Source: Candidatus Iainarchaeum sp.
Lineage (GTDB): Archaea; Iainarchaeota; Iainarchaeia; Iainarchaeales; GCA-2688035
Direction: 5' to 3'
NCBI GenBank assembly: GCA_017610205.1
Contig: JAFCCL010000001.1
Span: 90,805 to 154,804 of the forward strand
Length of the DNA stretch: 64,000 nt
Part shown: positions 28,346 to 37,762 of the stretch, in pieces
Position numbering within the stretch: position 1 is the first letter of the stretch
Layout: each line of letters starts with the position of its first letter
Translations under genes and position numbers: made by a program
The notes under the pieces: model-generated
The model's input: the letters and a program-made list of their open reading frames with translations, nothing else
What the model was told of the DNA's origin: nothing
Databases searched by the model: none

Positions 28346-29464
28346 TCACTTTTTCAATTCCTCTTCATAAATTTTTTCAAGCCTGTCAACACTTGCTTTA
28401 ATACTGTAAATTTTTTCAACTCTTTCTCTTGCTTTTTTTCCAAGTCGTTTTCTTAATCCCCTATCTTCTATTAGCTTAATGATTCCTTTAGCCATTGCTT
28501 TTTCGGTATTTGATTTTACCACCAATGCAGCATCTCCAACAAAAGACCTTACATTTCCTATATCATTTACTACACAAGCTTTTCCCATTGCAAGGTATTC
28601 AAGCAAGGAAATTGATGTTGAAAATTCATAAACATATCCATGTGGCGCAATTTCAGTAGCCGCCCAGACTTTTTTGCAGTCTTCAGGTTTTATTGGTCCT
28701 GCAACAATAACATTTTTTTTCAATCCGAGTTTTTTGACAAATTCTTTAAGCTCAAGCATTTCTGTTCCTCCTCCAAAAATAACATATTTATATTTCGGGT
28801 GCTTTTTGCCAACAATTTTCATTGCCTTAACAATTGGCTTGAGGCCTTTGACATTTGTTCCCCACAATGTTTTAATTGAAGTAATCAAATGCTTTCCATA
28901 TTTTTTTTTAATCTCATCCCCACTTACATTCAATGGGTAATTATCAAGATTTATGGCAGCTGGCATTACTTCTATTCTTTTTTCTTCAATTCCCCATGGC
29001 AAAAGGAATTTTTGCTTCATTTGCTCTGTCCAAACAACCACTCTGTTGTAATTAAGCCTTGGCAGGAAAACCCTTTCAGTAACATGAATAAATCTTGTAT
29101 GCAGGTTTGCATTCTTTGAACTTAACAGCTCTATTAGCAAAACATGTGGCACTTTGAGTTTTCTTTTGAGAACATGTCCAATAAATCCCATCATGCTGTT
29201 GCTGTGGCTTTGAATTATATCCGGCTTAAATTCCCTTGCTGCTTTTAGTGCTTTTCTGTATGAAAAAGGTGCTTCAAATTTCCAAAAGGCATGATGCCCT
29301 GCTTTAGGCAAGTAAACCATTTTTGCTCTCTTTATACTGTAATGGTTTGGAGTGCAAACCATTACCTTGTGACCTCTTTTAATTAATTCATTTATAAGGT
29401 CCCTTGTGTAAATTTCGCTGCCTCCGCTGTCTCCTAAAACACTTGTCAGATAAAATATTTTCAT
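28346..29464 (-). CDS. Glycosyltransferase family 4
   Basis: GGSE, EFSTSISLLEYLAMG. Confidence 0.88.
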   Translation of the reverse strand: MKIFYLTSVLGDSGGSEIYTRDLINELIKRGHKVMVCTPNHYSIKRAKMVYLPKAGHHAFWKFEAPFSYRKALKAAREFKPDIIQSHSNSMMGFIGHVLKRKLKVPHVLLIELLSSKNANLHTRFIHVTERVFLPRLNYNRVVVWTEQMKQKFLLPWGIEEKRIEVMPAAINLDNYPLNVSGDEIKKKYGKHLITSIKTLWGTNVKGLKPIVKAMKIVGKKHPKYKYVIFGGGTEMLELKEFVKKLGLKKNVIVAGPIKPEDCKKVWAATEIAPHGYVYEFSTSISLLEYLAMGKACVVNDIGNVRSFVGDAALVVKSNTEKAMAKGIIKLIEDRGLRKRLGKKARERVEKIYSIKASVDRLEKIYEEELKK

Positions 29465-29516
29465 TCGTGTTCAGCCCAAACAAGGTCTTTTTTTCAGCAG
29501 ATTTTTTCCAATCTTC

Positions 29517-30632
29517 TTAAATAAGGCCTTTTTTCTTTAATTCACCTGTTGCCTGGTCAAATTTGTCTTCAGACTTTATGTTATGGCTCCATTCAATTAT
29601 TTCTTTCATTCCTTTCTCAAAAGAAATACTTGGAGCAAAACCAAGCTTGTTTTTAATTTTTGAAATATCTGCAAAACAATGTCTTACATCTCCTTTCCTG
29701 AACTTGTTTGTTATTTTTGGCTTGAGGTCTGAACCGTAAAGTTTTGCAATTGTTTCAGCAACCTCTTTGATTGAAATAGGGGTTCCGCTTCCAACATTTA
29801 AAATTTCATAATTTGCAGAATTGCTTTTCATTGCAAGAAGATTTGCAGCTGCAATATCTTTCACTGAAACAAAATCACGAGTTTGCAGTCCGTCTTCATA
29901 AATAACCGGCCTGTTGCTATTTTTTATCCTGCTCATAAAAATTGCTGCAACACCTGTATAAGGATTGCTTAGGCTTTGCCTTGGCCCAAACACATTAAAG
30001 TAACGCAATGCAACAGCTTTTATCCCATAAGCCTTGCCCATCATTAGCACAAGCTCTTCCTGGTCTTTTTTTGTCAAAGCATAAACGCTGTTGCAATCCA
30101 AATGCTTTGTTTCAGGAGTTGGCATTGGCTTTAATTCCTTTCCACACTCCGGGCAAAATTGTTCAAACTTGCATTCAGCCATCTGCTTTTCGCCCCTTAA
30201 AGAGGGTTCAACCAAACCGCATTTTTCACATTTGTAAAGTCCTTCACCATACTCGCTCATTGAAGCAGCAACCATCATCTTTTTTACATCGTGCTCTTCA
30301 TTTGCAAGAAACTCCAAAATGTTTGCTGTTCCCCTTGTGTTTGCATCAACATAATAGTTTAGTTCATACATGCTTTGGCCAACACCAACAGCAGCTGCTT
30401 CGTGGAACAATATTTCGATTCCTTCCATTGCCTTTTTTACATCGCCCTTGTTCCTGACATCCCCTTTCATGAACTCTGCCTTTGCATTAAGCCACTCTGG
30501 TTTTTCCCCTGTTGGATGCACCTGCTTGTCCAAATTGTCAAGAATTCTTACTTCATAGCCTTTTTCCACAAGACCGTCAACAATAAACGAGCCAATAAAA
30601 CCTGCTCCGCCTGTTACCAAAACCTTTACCAT
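29517..30632 (-). CDS. NAD-dependent epimerase/dehydratase with CxxC..CxxC insert (WbiB-like)
   Basis: TGGAGFIGS, AAAVGVGQS, CEKC..CPEC, YALTK, SLSNPYTGV. Confidence 0.85.
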   Translation of the reverse strand: MVKVLVTGGAGFIGSFIVDGLVEKGYEVRILDNLDKQVHPTGEKPEWLNAKAEFMKGDVRNKGDVKKAMEGIEILFHEAAAVGVGQSMYELNYYVDANTRGTANILEFLANEEHDVKKMMVAASMSEYGEGLYKCEKCGLVEPSLRGEKQMAECKFEQFCPECGKELKPMPTPETKHLDCNSVYALTKKDQEELVLMMGKAYGIKAVALRYFNVFGPRQSLSNPYTGVAAIFMSRIKNSNRPVIYEDGLQTRDFVSVKDIAAANLLAMKSNSANYEILNVGSGTPISIKEVAETIAKLYGSDLKPKITNKFRKGDVRHCFADISKIKNKLGFAPSISFEKGMKEIIEWSHNIKSEDKFDQATGELKKKGLI

Positions 30633-30640
30633 TTTATCAC

Positions 30641-31666
30641 CTACAAATCCTTAAACATTTTTTTATTTTCTTTAACCCACTCATAAAGTTTCTGAACTCC
30701 TTGCTTTGCTCCAATTTCGGGTTTCCAGCCTAAAATATTTTCTGCCTTTGAAATATCTGAAACATAAACAGGCTGGTCCCCAGGACGCCAGTCACTGTAT
30801 CTGATATCTATTTTTTTTCCAAAAAATTCTTCAAGATATGCCAACAGCTCAAGCAATGACATTGTGTTTTTGGGGCCTCCGCCTATATTGAATATCTGGC
30901 CTTTTGCCTTTTCAATTTTTTGTGTAGCAATAGCGTATGCTTTTACAAGGTCGTCAATATGCAGCACATCCCTTACCTGCTTTCCGTTGCCGTAAATTGT
31001 AAGCTTTTTCCGAAGTGCTGACGCAATAGTAAACCATGCAACCCACCCCTGGTCTTCTATTCCAAACTGCCTTTGGCCATAAATGCAGCTTTGCCTAAAC
31101 ACAACTGTGTTCATGCCATAAATTCTTGCATAATCCCTAGTATACTGGTCAGCACACCCTTTGCTGCAACCATAAGGGCTATGAAAATCCAAATTTGTTG
31201 ATTCGGAAATTCCTTTTGGAAAATCTTCATATTCATACCTGTTATTTCTTTCAATAACCTTTACTTCTTCCATTCCGCCATAAACCTTGTTTGTGCTGCT
31301 GTAAAAAAATGCAGCTTTGTCAGCATTTTTTCTTAGGGCTTCAAGGACATTAAATGTTCCAAGTGCATTCTCTTCAAAGTCCTTTCTTGGTTCTGTTACA
31401 CTTGTTGTAACCGCCACCTGTGCCGCAAAATGGTAAACAGCATCACTGCCTTTTACAGTTTCCTCAAGCTGCTTTTGATCTGTTACAATATCTGCTTTAA
31501 TAACTTTTATGTTTTCGTGTCTTTGTTTAAGCCATTCAACATTTTCTTTATAGCCAGGTCTTGAAAAATTATCAAATATAATTACTTTTTTGCAGCTTTT
31601 TGCAAATTTATCCGCAAGGTTGCAGCCGATAAATCCTGCGCCTCCGGTAATAACTATTTTTTCCAT
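30641..31666 (-). CDS. CDP-paratose 2-epimerase-like SDR (RfbE/Tyv family)
   Basis: AAQVAVTTS, STNKVYG, HSPYGCSKG, RQSCIYG, EDQGWVAWF, WRPGDQ. Start at ATG 31666. Confidence 0.85.
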   Translation of the reverse strand: MEKIVITGGAGFIGCNLADKFAKSCKKVIIFDNFSRPGYKENVEWLKQRHENIKVIKADIVTDQKQLEETVKGSDAVYHFAAQVAVTTSVTEPRKDFEENALGTFNVLEALRKNADKAAFFYSSTNKVYGGMEEVKVIERNNRYEYEDFPKGISESTNLDFHSPYGCSKGCADQYTRDYARIYGMNTVVFRQSCIYGQRQFGIEDQGWVAWFTIASALRKKLTIYGNGKQVRDVLHIDDLVKAYAIATQKIEKAKGQIFNIGGGPKNTMSLLELLAYLEEFFGKKIDIRYSDWRPGDQPVYVSDISKAENILGWKPEIGAKQGVQKLYEWVKENKKMFKDL

Positions 31667-31750
31667 CAATTCACCAATTATTTTATTCAATTACTATCAA
31701 TCTATTGGAAAATTCATCTTAAATACCATTTTGGTGCAATATTCAAATTC

Positions 31751-32464
31751 CTATTGCATTTTTTTAATGAACTTTTTGCCAACTGCCTTAACCTGTTTTG
31801 GCATTCCAAACCTGATGTTTGCCTTGCTTACTGTTGTAAAAAAATTCTTAAGAAGCAAAACATGCCTGTTTGCAATCCTTTCCCTAACACTGTTTTTTTC
31901 AACCTTTTCAGCAAACGTAATTGAGTCAACAAAACCAATGTTTCTAAAATGCCTTGATTTGAAAACACTGTCTTCCACAACCCTTTTTGGCCCGTCTACA
32001 AGCATTGTGTCATGAAAAGCCATTATTCCCTGCTCCCTGACTTTTGGAAACCATAATTCAAAATCCTGCTTTGCATGCTTGTAAGAATGGTCCCCGTCAA
32101 TGAAAATAAGTGCAATTTCTTTTCCAAATTCTTTTGCGGCATCTTCAGAGGTTTTAACAACAGGCTTTACTAAATCAAATGCCTTTGCTGCCTTAAGGTT
32201 TTGCTTAAATTCCTTAAAGCTGTTTCCCTGCGGCATCTCCGGCGAGCTTGTATGGGGGTCAATTGCAACAATCTTTTTTCTCTGTCCATCCTTGCTTCCT
32301 TTTGCAAGCCATATGGTTGAACGGCCTTTCCAGCTTCCAATTTCTACAATTTCTCCATTTCCACTGCATTCCCTGGCAAGCCTGTACAAAAGAATTCCCT
32401 CTGGCTTTGAAAGAAAACCAGGTGCCTTCATTGCCCATTTTTCAGCTTCCTTTAATGACATCAT
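31751..32464 (-). CDS. Class I SAM methyltransferase (Methyltransf_24-like)
   Basis: VEIGSWKGRST, AIDPH, FIDGDHSY, AFHD. Confidence 0.88.
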   Translation of the reverse strand: MMSLKEAEKWAMKAPGFLSKPEGILLYRLARECSGNGEIVEIGSWKGRSTIWLAKGSKDGQRKKIVAIDPHTSSPEMPQGNSFKEFKQNLKAAKAFDLVKPVVKTSEDAAKEFGKEIALIFIDGDHSYKHAKQDFELWFPKVREQGIMAFHDTMLVDGPKRVVEDSVFKSRHFRNIGFVDSITFAEKVEKNSVRERIANRHVLLLKNFFTTVSKANIRFGMPKQVKAVGKKFIKKMQ

Positions 32465-32540
32465 ATCACTTTCATTAATTTTTTCATTAATTTAAAACAA
32501 TTTTTCCTTCCTTTTTTTCCAATCAGTTTTGCTTTCTTAT

Positions 32541-33467
32541 TTAGAACAATTTTGCCTTCCTTTTCTTTCTTTGTTTCAAAACTTCCTGCCAGTTTGCAAT
32601 ATTTTCCGCATATGTTCCAAGCAAGTGCATTGTCATTCCCTGTTCAAAACTGTTTAAAAAAATAAGTCCCAATCCAGGTACGTGTTTTGCCATATCACCC
32701 AGGCTTAAATTGTAAAGCATTACTCTAATCCTATTTCTTTCAAGCAATTTGTACCTTGCAATTGCCTTGATGCTTTTTGTTGTGTCCTGCCCGCCAATAT
32801 GGTAAACTCTGCTTGCATTTGTTTCAACTACCTTAAACCCGGCATTTCTTGCCCTGTAGCACCAGTCCTGTTCCTCTCCATAAATGGGTGACCAAAGCCT
32901 TGCGTCAAGGTTTCCAACCCTCTTCAATGCTTTTTTCGAGTACATCATTGCCGCTCCGCACACAGCAAGCCTTTCCCTTACAACTTCCTGCCCTTTAAGT
33001 CCTTTCCCATAATTTTTTTTGCCAACAATAAGGCTTCCAACAGCACCAACCATTCCCTTTAGGTCTTCAGCTGCTTCAACAGCCTTTGAAAGCCATTTTT
33101 TTTCAACAAGGGTATCATTATCCAAATGGTAAATATACTTTCCCCTGCTTTCCTTAAACCCCTGGTTTACTCCGTTGCTATAGCCAACATTTTTTTTGTT
33201 CAAAACAAGCTTTTTTACAATTCTCCTGCGCTTCATTTCCTTTAACATCTTCACGCTTCCATCAGTACTTCCGTTGTCTACAACAATAATTTCATAATTT
33301 GGATAGCTTGTGTTTTTTTGAACAGACTTAATACAATCAGCAGTAAGCTTTTTTCCATTCATGTTCAAAAGCATTACGCTTACAAGCGTATTTGCAACCC
33401 TGCTTGAGTTTTTTGAACCCTTGCTTGTTTTTTTTGTACTTTTGCTTGATTTTTTTGCAGCACTCAT
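32541..33467 (-). CDS. Glycosyltransferase family 2
   Basis: DNGSTDGS, HLDND, EEQDWCYRA; K/S-rich N-terminal extension. Confidence 0.9.
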   Translation of the reverse strand: MSAAKKSSKSTKKTSKGSKNSSRVANTLVSVMLLNMNGKKLTADCIKSVQKNTSYPNYEIIVVDNGSTDGSVKMLKEMKRRRIVKKLVLNKKNVGYSNGVNQGFKESRGKYIYHLDNDTLVEKKWLSKAVEAAEDLKGMVGAVGSLIVGKKNYGKGLKGQEVVRERLAVCGAAMMYSKKALKRVGNLDARLWSPIYGEEQDWCYRARNAGFKVVETNASRVYHIGGQDTTKSIKAIARYKLLERNRIRVMLYNLSLGDMAKHVPGLGLIFLNSFEQGMTMHLLGTYAENIANWQEVLKQRKKRKAKLF

Positions 33468-33964
33468 GTTTCTTCCTCCAAAAAGAGGGAAATTCTTTTT
33501 ATCAAGTTTTCCTTGTCTGACGAAAGCTCTGGCTTGAATGAAAAAGCCTGCAAAATTTGTTTCTCCAATTCCCTCGTGTCAAAAACTGTTTTTGCTTTGT
33601 TCTTTTTTTCAAGGGCTTTTGCAAGGTCAAGCTGGTGGTCGTTTGTGTGCTCTCCAAACTTTTTCAAACGAGGCACTATAATCAACGGCTTTTTGTTCAA
33701 AAATGCATTTATTATTGTGCCTGCTCCGCCATGGCTTAGCACTATGTCAGCCCACTGCATTTTTTCATCAAATTCTTTTCCTTTAACAAATTTTTTAAAA
33801 GCAAAATTCTTTGGCTTGTAATTTGAATTGCCTGTTTGTCCAAAAATTTTCCACTCGCTGTGCTTTGCTGCAACAATGTCAAGTTCTTTAAGTAAACGGT
33901 CAAAGGGCTGTGAATGTGTTCCGACGCTTGCAAATATTTTTTTCACACCATTTCCAATCGCCAT
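33464..33964 (-). CDS. Alg13/PssE-like glycosyltransferase subunit (GT28 C-terminal domain)
   Basis: FASVGTH..PFDRL, SHGGAGT, VPR...GEH.NDHQ. Confidence 0.88.
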   Translation of the reverse strand: MAIGNGVKKIFASVGTHSQPFDRLLKELDIVAAKHSEWKIFGQTGNSNYKPKNFAFKKFVKGKEFDEKMQWADIVLSHGGAGTIINAFLNKKPLIIVPRLKKFGEHTNDHQLDLAKALEKKNKAKTVFDTRELEKQILQAFSFKPELSSDKENLIKRISLFLEEET

Positions 33965-34416
33965 TAAAACACACCTCCTTCATATTCTGCTTTTGGAAAA
34001 AACTTTTTGTTCTCAGGCCATTGAACAAGAAACAGGTCGGCCTTTCCGTACATTAATTTTCCGCTGAGGCTTGGCTTTTTTATTCTGCAAAAGGACTCAA
34101 TAAACACAATTTTTTTTCCGAAAAATTTTGCAATAAGGCATGTTGGAATTGCGGTGTCTGCCCCTGTGCTTATAACTACTGTTGGTTTTTTCCAAAGGAA
34201 AAGCCACAGTGACTGTACAAAGTTTATTGCCAGATTGATTGGATTTCTTTTAGGGCATGAAACAAAAAATACTTTTTCTTTTTTTGCCAGGTCAATTGCA
34301 TTAAGCCTTTTGTCCGAAACAAAATAATGCGGTTTGCCCTGCCATGCTTTTTTAAGCTGAAGCAGCTCTGTCAAATGCCCTCCTGCACTGCAGGCAAGGC
34401 AGATTTTTTCCTGCAT
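33964..34416 (-). CDS. Alg14/PssD-like glycosyltransferase subunit
   Basis: CSAGGHL.EL, STGA, FIESF.R...PSLSG, VQW. Confidence 0.88.
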   Translation of the reverse strand: MQEKICLACSAGGHLTELLQLKKAWQGKPHYFVSDKRLNAIDLAKKEKVFFVSCPKRNPINLAINFVQSLWLFLWKKPTVVISTGADTAIPTCLIAKFFGKKIVFIESFCRIKKPSLSGKLMYGKADLFLVQWPENKKFFPKAEYEGGVF

Positions 34417-34425
34417 TAAAAACAC

Positions 34426-35463
34426 CTAAAAAAGCCTGAAGTATGAAATTGAAAATACTATTATGCTTAGTATTGCTTGTGCAAGCAAAATTATTTCAAC
34501 AACCTTTTTTTCAGTAAAGCGCCCTATTCCCATAATAATATGTGTTACGCTTGCAGTATATTTTGGAGCCTTTAAAATTCCTGATTTTGTTGGAATTCCA
34601 AAACTTTGCCTTTGCATTCTGTATCTTGCCTTAAGCACTAGCTCAATAAAGTAAATTCCTAAAAGCAATATTCCTATTTTTTCCATGTTTCCCAAAATTG
34701 CTGTTGTTGCAATACTTGCCCCAATCATCAAAGTAAGCGAGTCGCCTCCAAACACTTTTGCCGGGAACCAATTAAATCGAAGGAATGCTATTAGTGCACC
34801 AAGCATTGCAATTGAAACAATCGCTGCCTCCATTTGTCCCTGAGTTAAGGCAACTGCGAGCATTGTGGTAGAAATTATTGCACCAAGTCCTGCTTCAAGC
34901 CCGTTTAAACCAGCAAGCATGTTTGTTGCATTGCTTGCTCCGGTAACTCCTATTGGGACAAAAATAAGGCTGTAAATTAACCCAAAGCTTACCACTCCAA
35001 TAAAAGGTATTACAATTTCTGCTGGTGCAAAGCCAAAAAACGGAATTGATATTGGAGGATTGCTTATTTCTATTGCCATAAGTGGCAATGCTGCAAAGAC
35101 AGGTATGAGAGCATGCTGCCATTGTCTTATGCCCTTTCTCCATCCTATAAGGTCGTCAATTACTCCCAAAAATCCAACCATTACAATTGTGCTAAATCCT
35201 GCAAGCAAAAAGGTCAGGTTTATTTCAATCCATTCAAGGTATGAAAACATAAAAATGCTTACAATAATTCCCGCACTAAAGCCAAGCCAGACACATATTC
35301 CGCCCATTTCCGAAATTTTGGGCTTGTTAAACTTGTTCATGTCAATGCCGGTAATATGCCTTGCCTTCATTCTTGCAATTAAAAACGGCAAAAATTTGTT
35401 TGTTACAATAAATGCTACAAAAAAACACAAAAGCAGTGTTGCAATAACAGCAGGCATAGGCAT
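34426..35463 (-). CDS. aglH: UDP-GlcNAc:polyprenyl-phosphate GlcNAc-1-phosphate transferase (AglH/Alg7-like)
   Basis: GIDMNK, EMGG, GVIDD, NATNMLAGLNGLEAG, FNWFPAKVFGGD; polytopic. Confidence 0.85.
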   Translation of the reverse strand: MPMPAVIATLLLCFFVAFIVTNKFLPFLIARMKARHITGIDMNKFNKPKISEMGGICVWLGFSAGIIVSIFMFSYLEWIEINLTFLLAGFSTIVMVGFLGVIDDLIGWRKGIRQWQHALIPVFAALPLMAIEISNPPISIPFFGFAPAEIVIPFIGVVSFGLIYSLIFVPIGVTGASNATNMLAGLNGLEAGLGAIISTTMLAVALTQGQMEAAIVSIAMLGALIAFLRFNWFPAKVFGGDSLTLMIGASIATTAILGNMEKIGILLLGIYFIELVLKARYRMQRQSFGIPTKSGILKAPKYTASVTHIIMGIGRFTEKKVVEIILLAQAILSIIVFSISYFRLF

Positions 35464-35549
35464 AATTAATCAGCTTTAAGGATTTAAAAAGAAACCATTC
35501 TATTTTTGTAACAACCCAAAGCACATTTTTTCAGCAAAAAAGCCATTGC

Positions 35550-37682
35550 CTAATTTGCATAAAGTGCTTCTTTGTTTACCTTGAATATTCTCATTCCGGC
35601 TGCATTAAAAACTTCGCCAAAGTATTTCATTGTCTCATCTTCGTGGAACCAAAGCTTTGAAAGCATGCTTTCGTTTACAGCAGGATTTGTAATATAAAGC
35701 TCTGAATTGTCCTCTGCTCTATAAACATACAATGGAACAACTCCCTCATACATCTGGTTTGAAACACTTGTCCATTTTGCAGGAATAGTTCCCATTTGAT
35801 CTGCAGGAATATTATTTGTTCCACATGCAAACCCTGCTTCGCTTTGACTGCAAGGCATTGCAGCATGCGGTGCAACAAGGAATTGTATTATGCGAGGGTC
35901 GCTGCTGTCCATTGTATCATACCCATAATTTCCAAAAGACCCGATTTTGAGGAATGTATCACTGTCAAGTACGATATAATCAAAATCATAGTCTCTTGCA
36001 ATTTTTAACGCATTTTCAAGGCTGCTTTCAATAACAAAAAGTGAAAAGTCGCGGTTTCCCTCAAAACTCATATTCCTGTTATCAGCAGAAACCGCCCTTT
36101 CTCCAATAAAACTAATCCAATGCCCTTCATCCCACCAGTTGAAAAATTTTGCATCCTCAGGAGTGTTTGCAGGGTCCTGCATCCAGTGCAGTGTTGCCTT
36201 CCAGTCAGGATAACCGCCTTCAATGTGCGGAACCTTGTCTGGCACAAAAATTGTAGCAGAAGCAATTCCAACCAAAAGCATAAAGCCAAGGCAAAGCACA
36301 ACAAGCTTTTGCTCAAGGTCTGTTCTTCCTTTAAGGTAATAAAACATTTCTGCAGCAATCACACCAGCAGCTGCCGCTATTGGCAGGCCAAAAGTGTAAG
36401 TGAATTTGAGCTTGTACCACGCCATAAAAAAAGTAATCATTATCCAAAAGAAAATCAAGACACTAAGATGGTCTTTTTTGTTCCTGTAAAACATTATTGG
36501 AATCAAAATCATTGCAAGCCATGGGAAAATAATTAATGCATTATATTTTATTCCAAAAAACTGGTGGCCGGTGTTTTCCTCCCCAACAGTCATTCCAAGA
36601 ACCGAGTTTTCCTCAAACAATTTCGGGGTTGTCATAAAAGTAAGAGCCAGTGAAATTACTGCAATATAAAGCAAAACAACTGCAATAATATTAATTGTTT
36701 TATTTCCTGATTTTCTTTTGCCAACCTCCCTGTTTGCATAAGCAAGATACACTATAAATGCTCCGATTGCAAGAACAACTGCGACTGCTGCCGAAAAACC
36801 CATTGCTTCAGGCATTCCAAAAGCCGCTGCCGCCTTTGAAACAGAATTTGTTGCATAACTCAAAGCACTAGTATGCCAGTTTGCGCCATAATTTAATGCA
36901 GCAATTACCCAAAAAATAACAAAAGAAATTGCAAAAAGCTTAACAAAATCAACAAGCTTTTTGAAACCCATTTTTGTATAAATCCCAATCACACCAAAGA
37001 AAACATAAAGCCCTAATACCAGAGGGATAAGCAAGTACATATCCCAGGTTATTGCCATTAATCCAAAGAAAATTCCAGAAAGCACTGCATTAATTATTCC
37101 CTTTTTATTAAACACAGGATTCTTAACTGCTCTTGCAAAGAAAACCAATCCAATCACAAGCCACAAAAACCCAAGGCTGTCTTCTTCAAAAAAACCTGCA
37201 AGCGTTCTGTAAACATAGCTTGGAATAACAGCCGCAATCAAGGCCATTACATAGCCTGCTTTTTTGTTGTAAAGTTCCTTTCCAAAGAAAAACATTGCAG
37301 CAACAGTTAATGCCCCAAAAAGAGCCGGCAAAATTTTAACAAACAATATCCAGGTGTCCTTATCATAAGGCGCTCCCAAAGTTGCAACCTTATAAATGCC
37401 TGCAGTAAACTGCCAAAAGAACTGGTTTCTTGGAGGAGCAACTCCTCCTTCAACAAAATAATATGCAGTTGGATCAACAGCAGGAACAACCCCTGTTTGC
37501 AAAAGCTCTCCAGTCATCCTTGCATGGTAATAGGAATCAAAACCAAACATATACTCATACTTTAAAAGATGCCCTCTTACGCCAAAAGCAAGAGCAAAAA
37601 TCAAAAAAAGCAGAAAAAGCTGTTTTCTGTCAACATTCTTTATTTTGCCAACAATGTCAGATGCATTAACAAGCTCAGGCAT
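35550..37682 (-). CDS. aglB: Oligosaccharyltransferase AglB (STT3)
   Basis: FDSYYHAR, GFFEED, TVGEE (TIxE-like), WWDEGHWI (WWDxG); multi-TM N-terminal domain followed by a soluble domain. Confidence 0.88.
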   Translation of the reverse strand: MPELVNASDIVGKIKNVDRKQLFLLFLIFALAFGVRGHLLKYEYMFGFDSYYHARMTGELLQTGVVPAVDPTAYYFVEGGVAPPRNQFFWQFTAGIYKVATLGAPYDKDTWILFVKILPALFGALTVAAMFFFGKELYNKKAGYVMALIAAVIPSYVYRTLAGFFEEDSLGFLWLVIGLVFFARAVKNPVFNKKGIINAVLSGIFFGLMAITWDMYLLIPLVLGLYVFFGVIGIYTKMGFKKLVDFVKLFAISFVIFWVIAALNYGANWHTSALSYATNSVSKAAAAFGMPEAMGFSAAVAVVLAIGAFIVYLAYANREVGKRKSGNKTINIIAVVLLYIAVISLALTFMTTPKLFEENSVLGMTVGEENTGHQFFGIKYNALIIFPWLAMILIPIMFYRNKKDHLSVLIFFWIMITFFMAWYKLKFTYTFGLPIAAAAGVIAAEMFYYLKGRTDLEQKLVVLCLGFMLLVGIASATIFVPDKVPHIEGGYPDWKATLHWMQDPANTPEDAKFFNWWDEGHWISFIGERAVSADNRNMSFEGNRDFSLFVIESSLENALKIARDYDFDYIVLDSDTFLKIGSFGNYGYDTMDSSDPRIIQFLVAPHAAMPCSQSEAGFACGTNNIPADQMGTIPAKWTSVSNQMYEGVVPLYVYRAEDNSELYITNPAVNESMLSKLWFHEDETMKYFGEVFNAAGMRIFKVNKEALYAN

Positions 37683-37762
37683 TCTAGGTTCCCTCAATAA
37701 AAAAAAGAGCAATAACTTTAAATAAGAAACTAAAAACTAGCATTTGCTTTAAACAGTATTAA

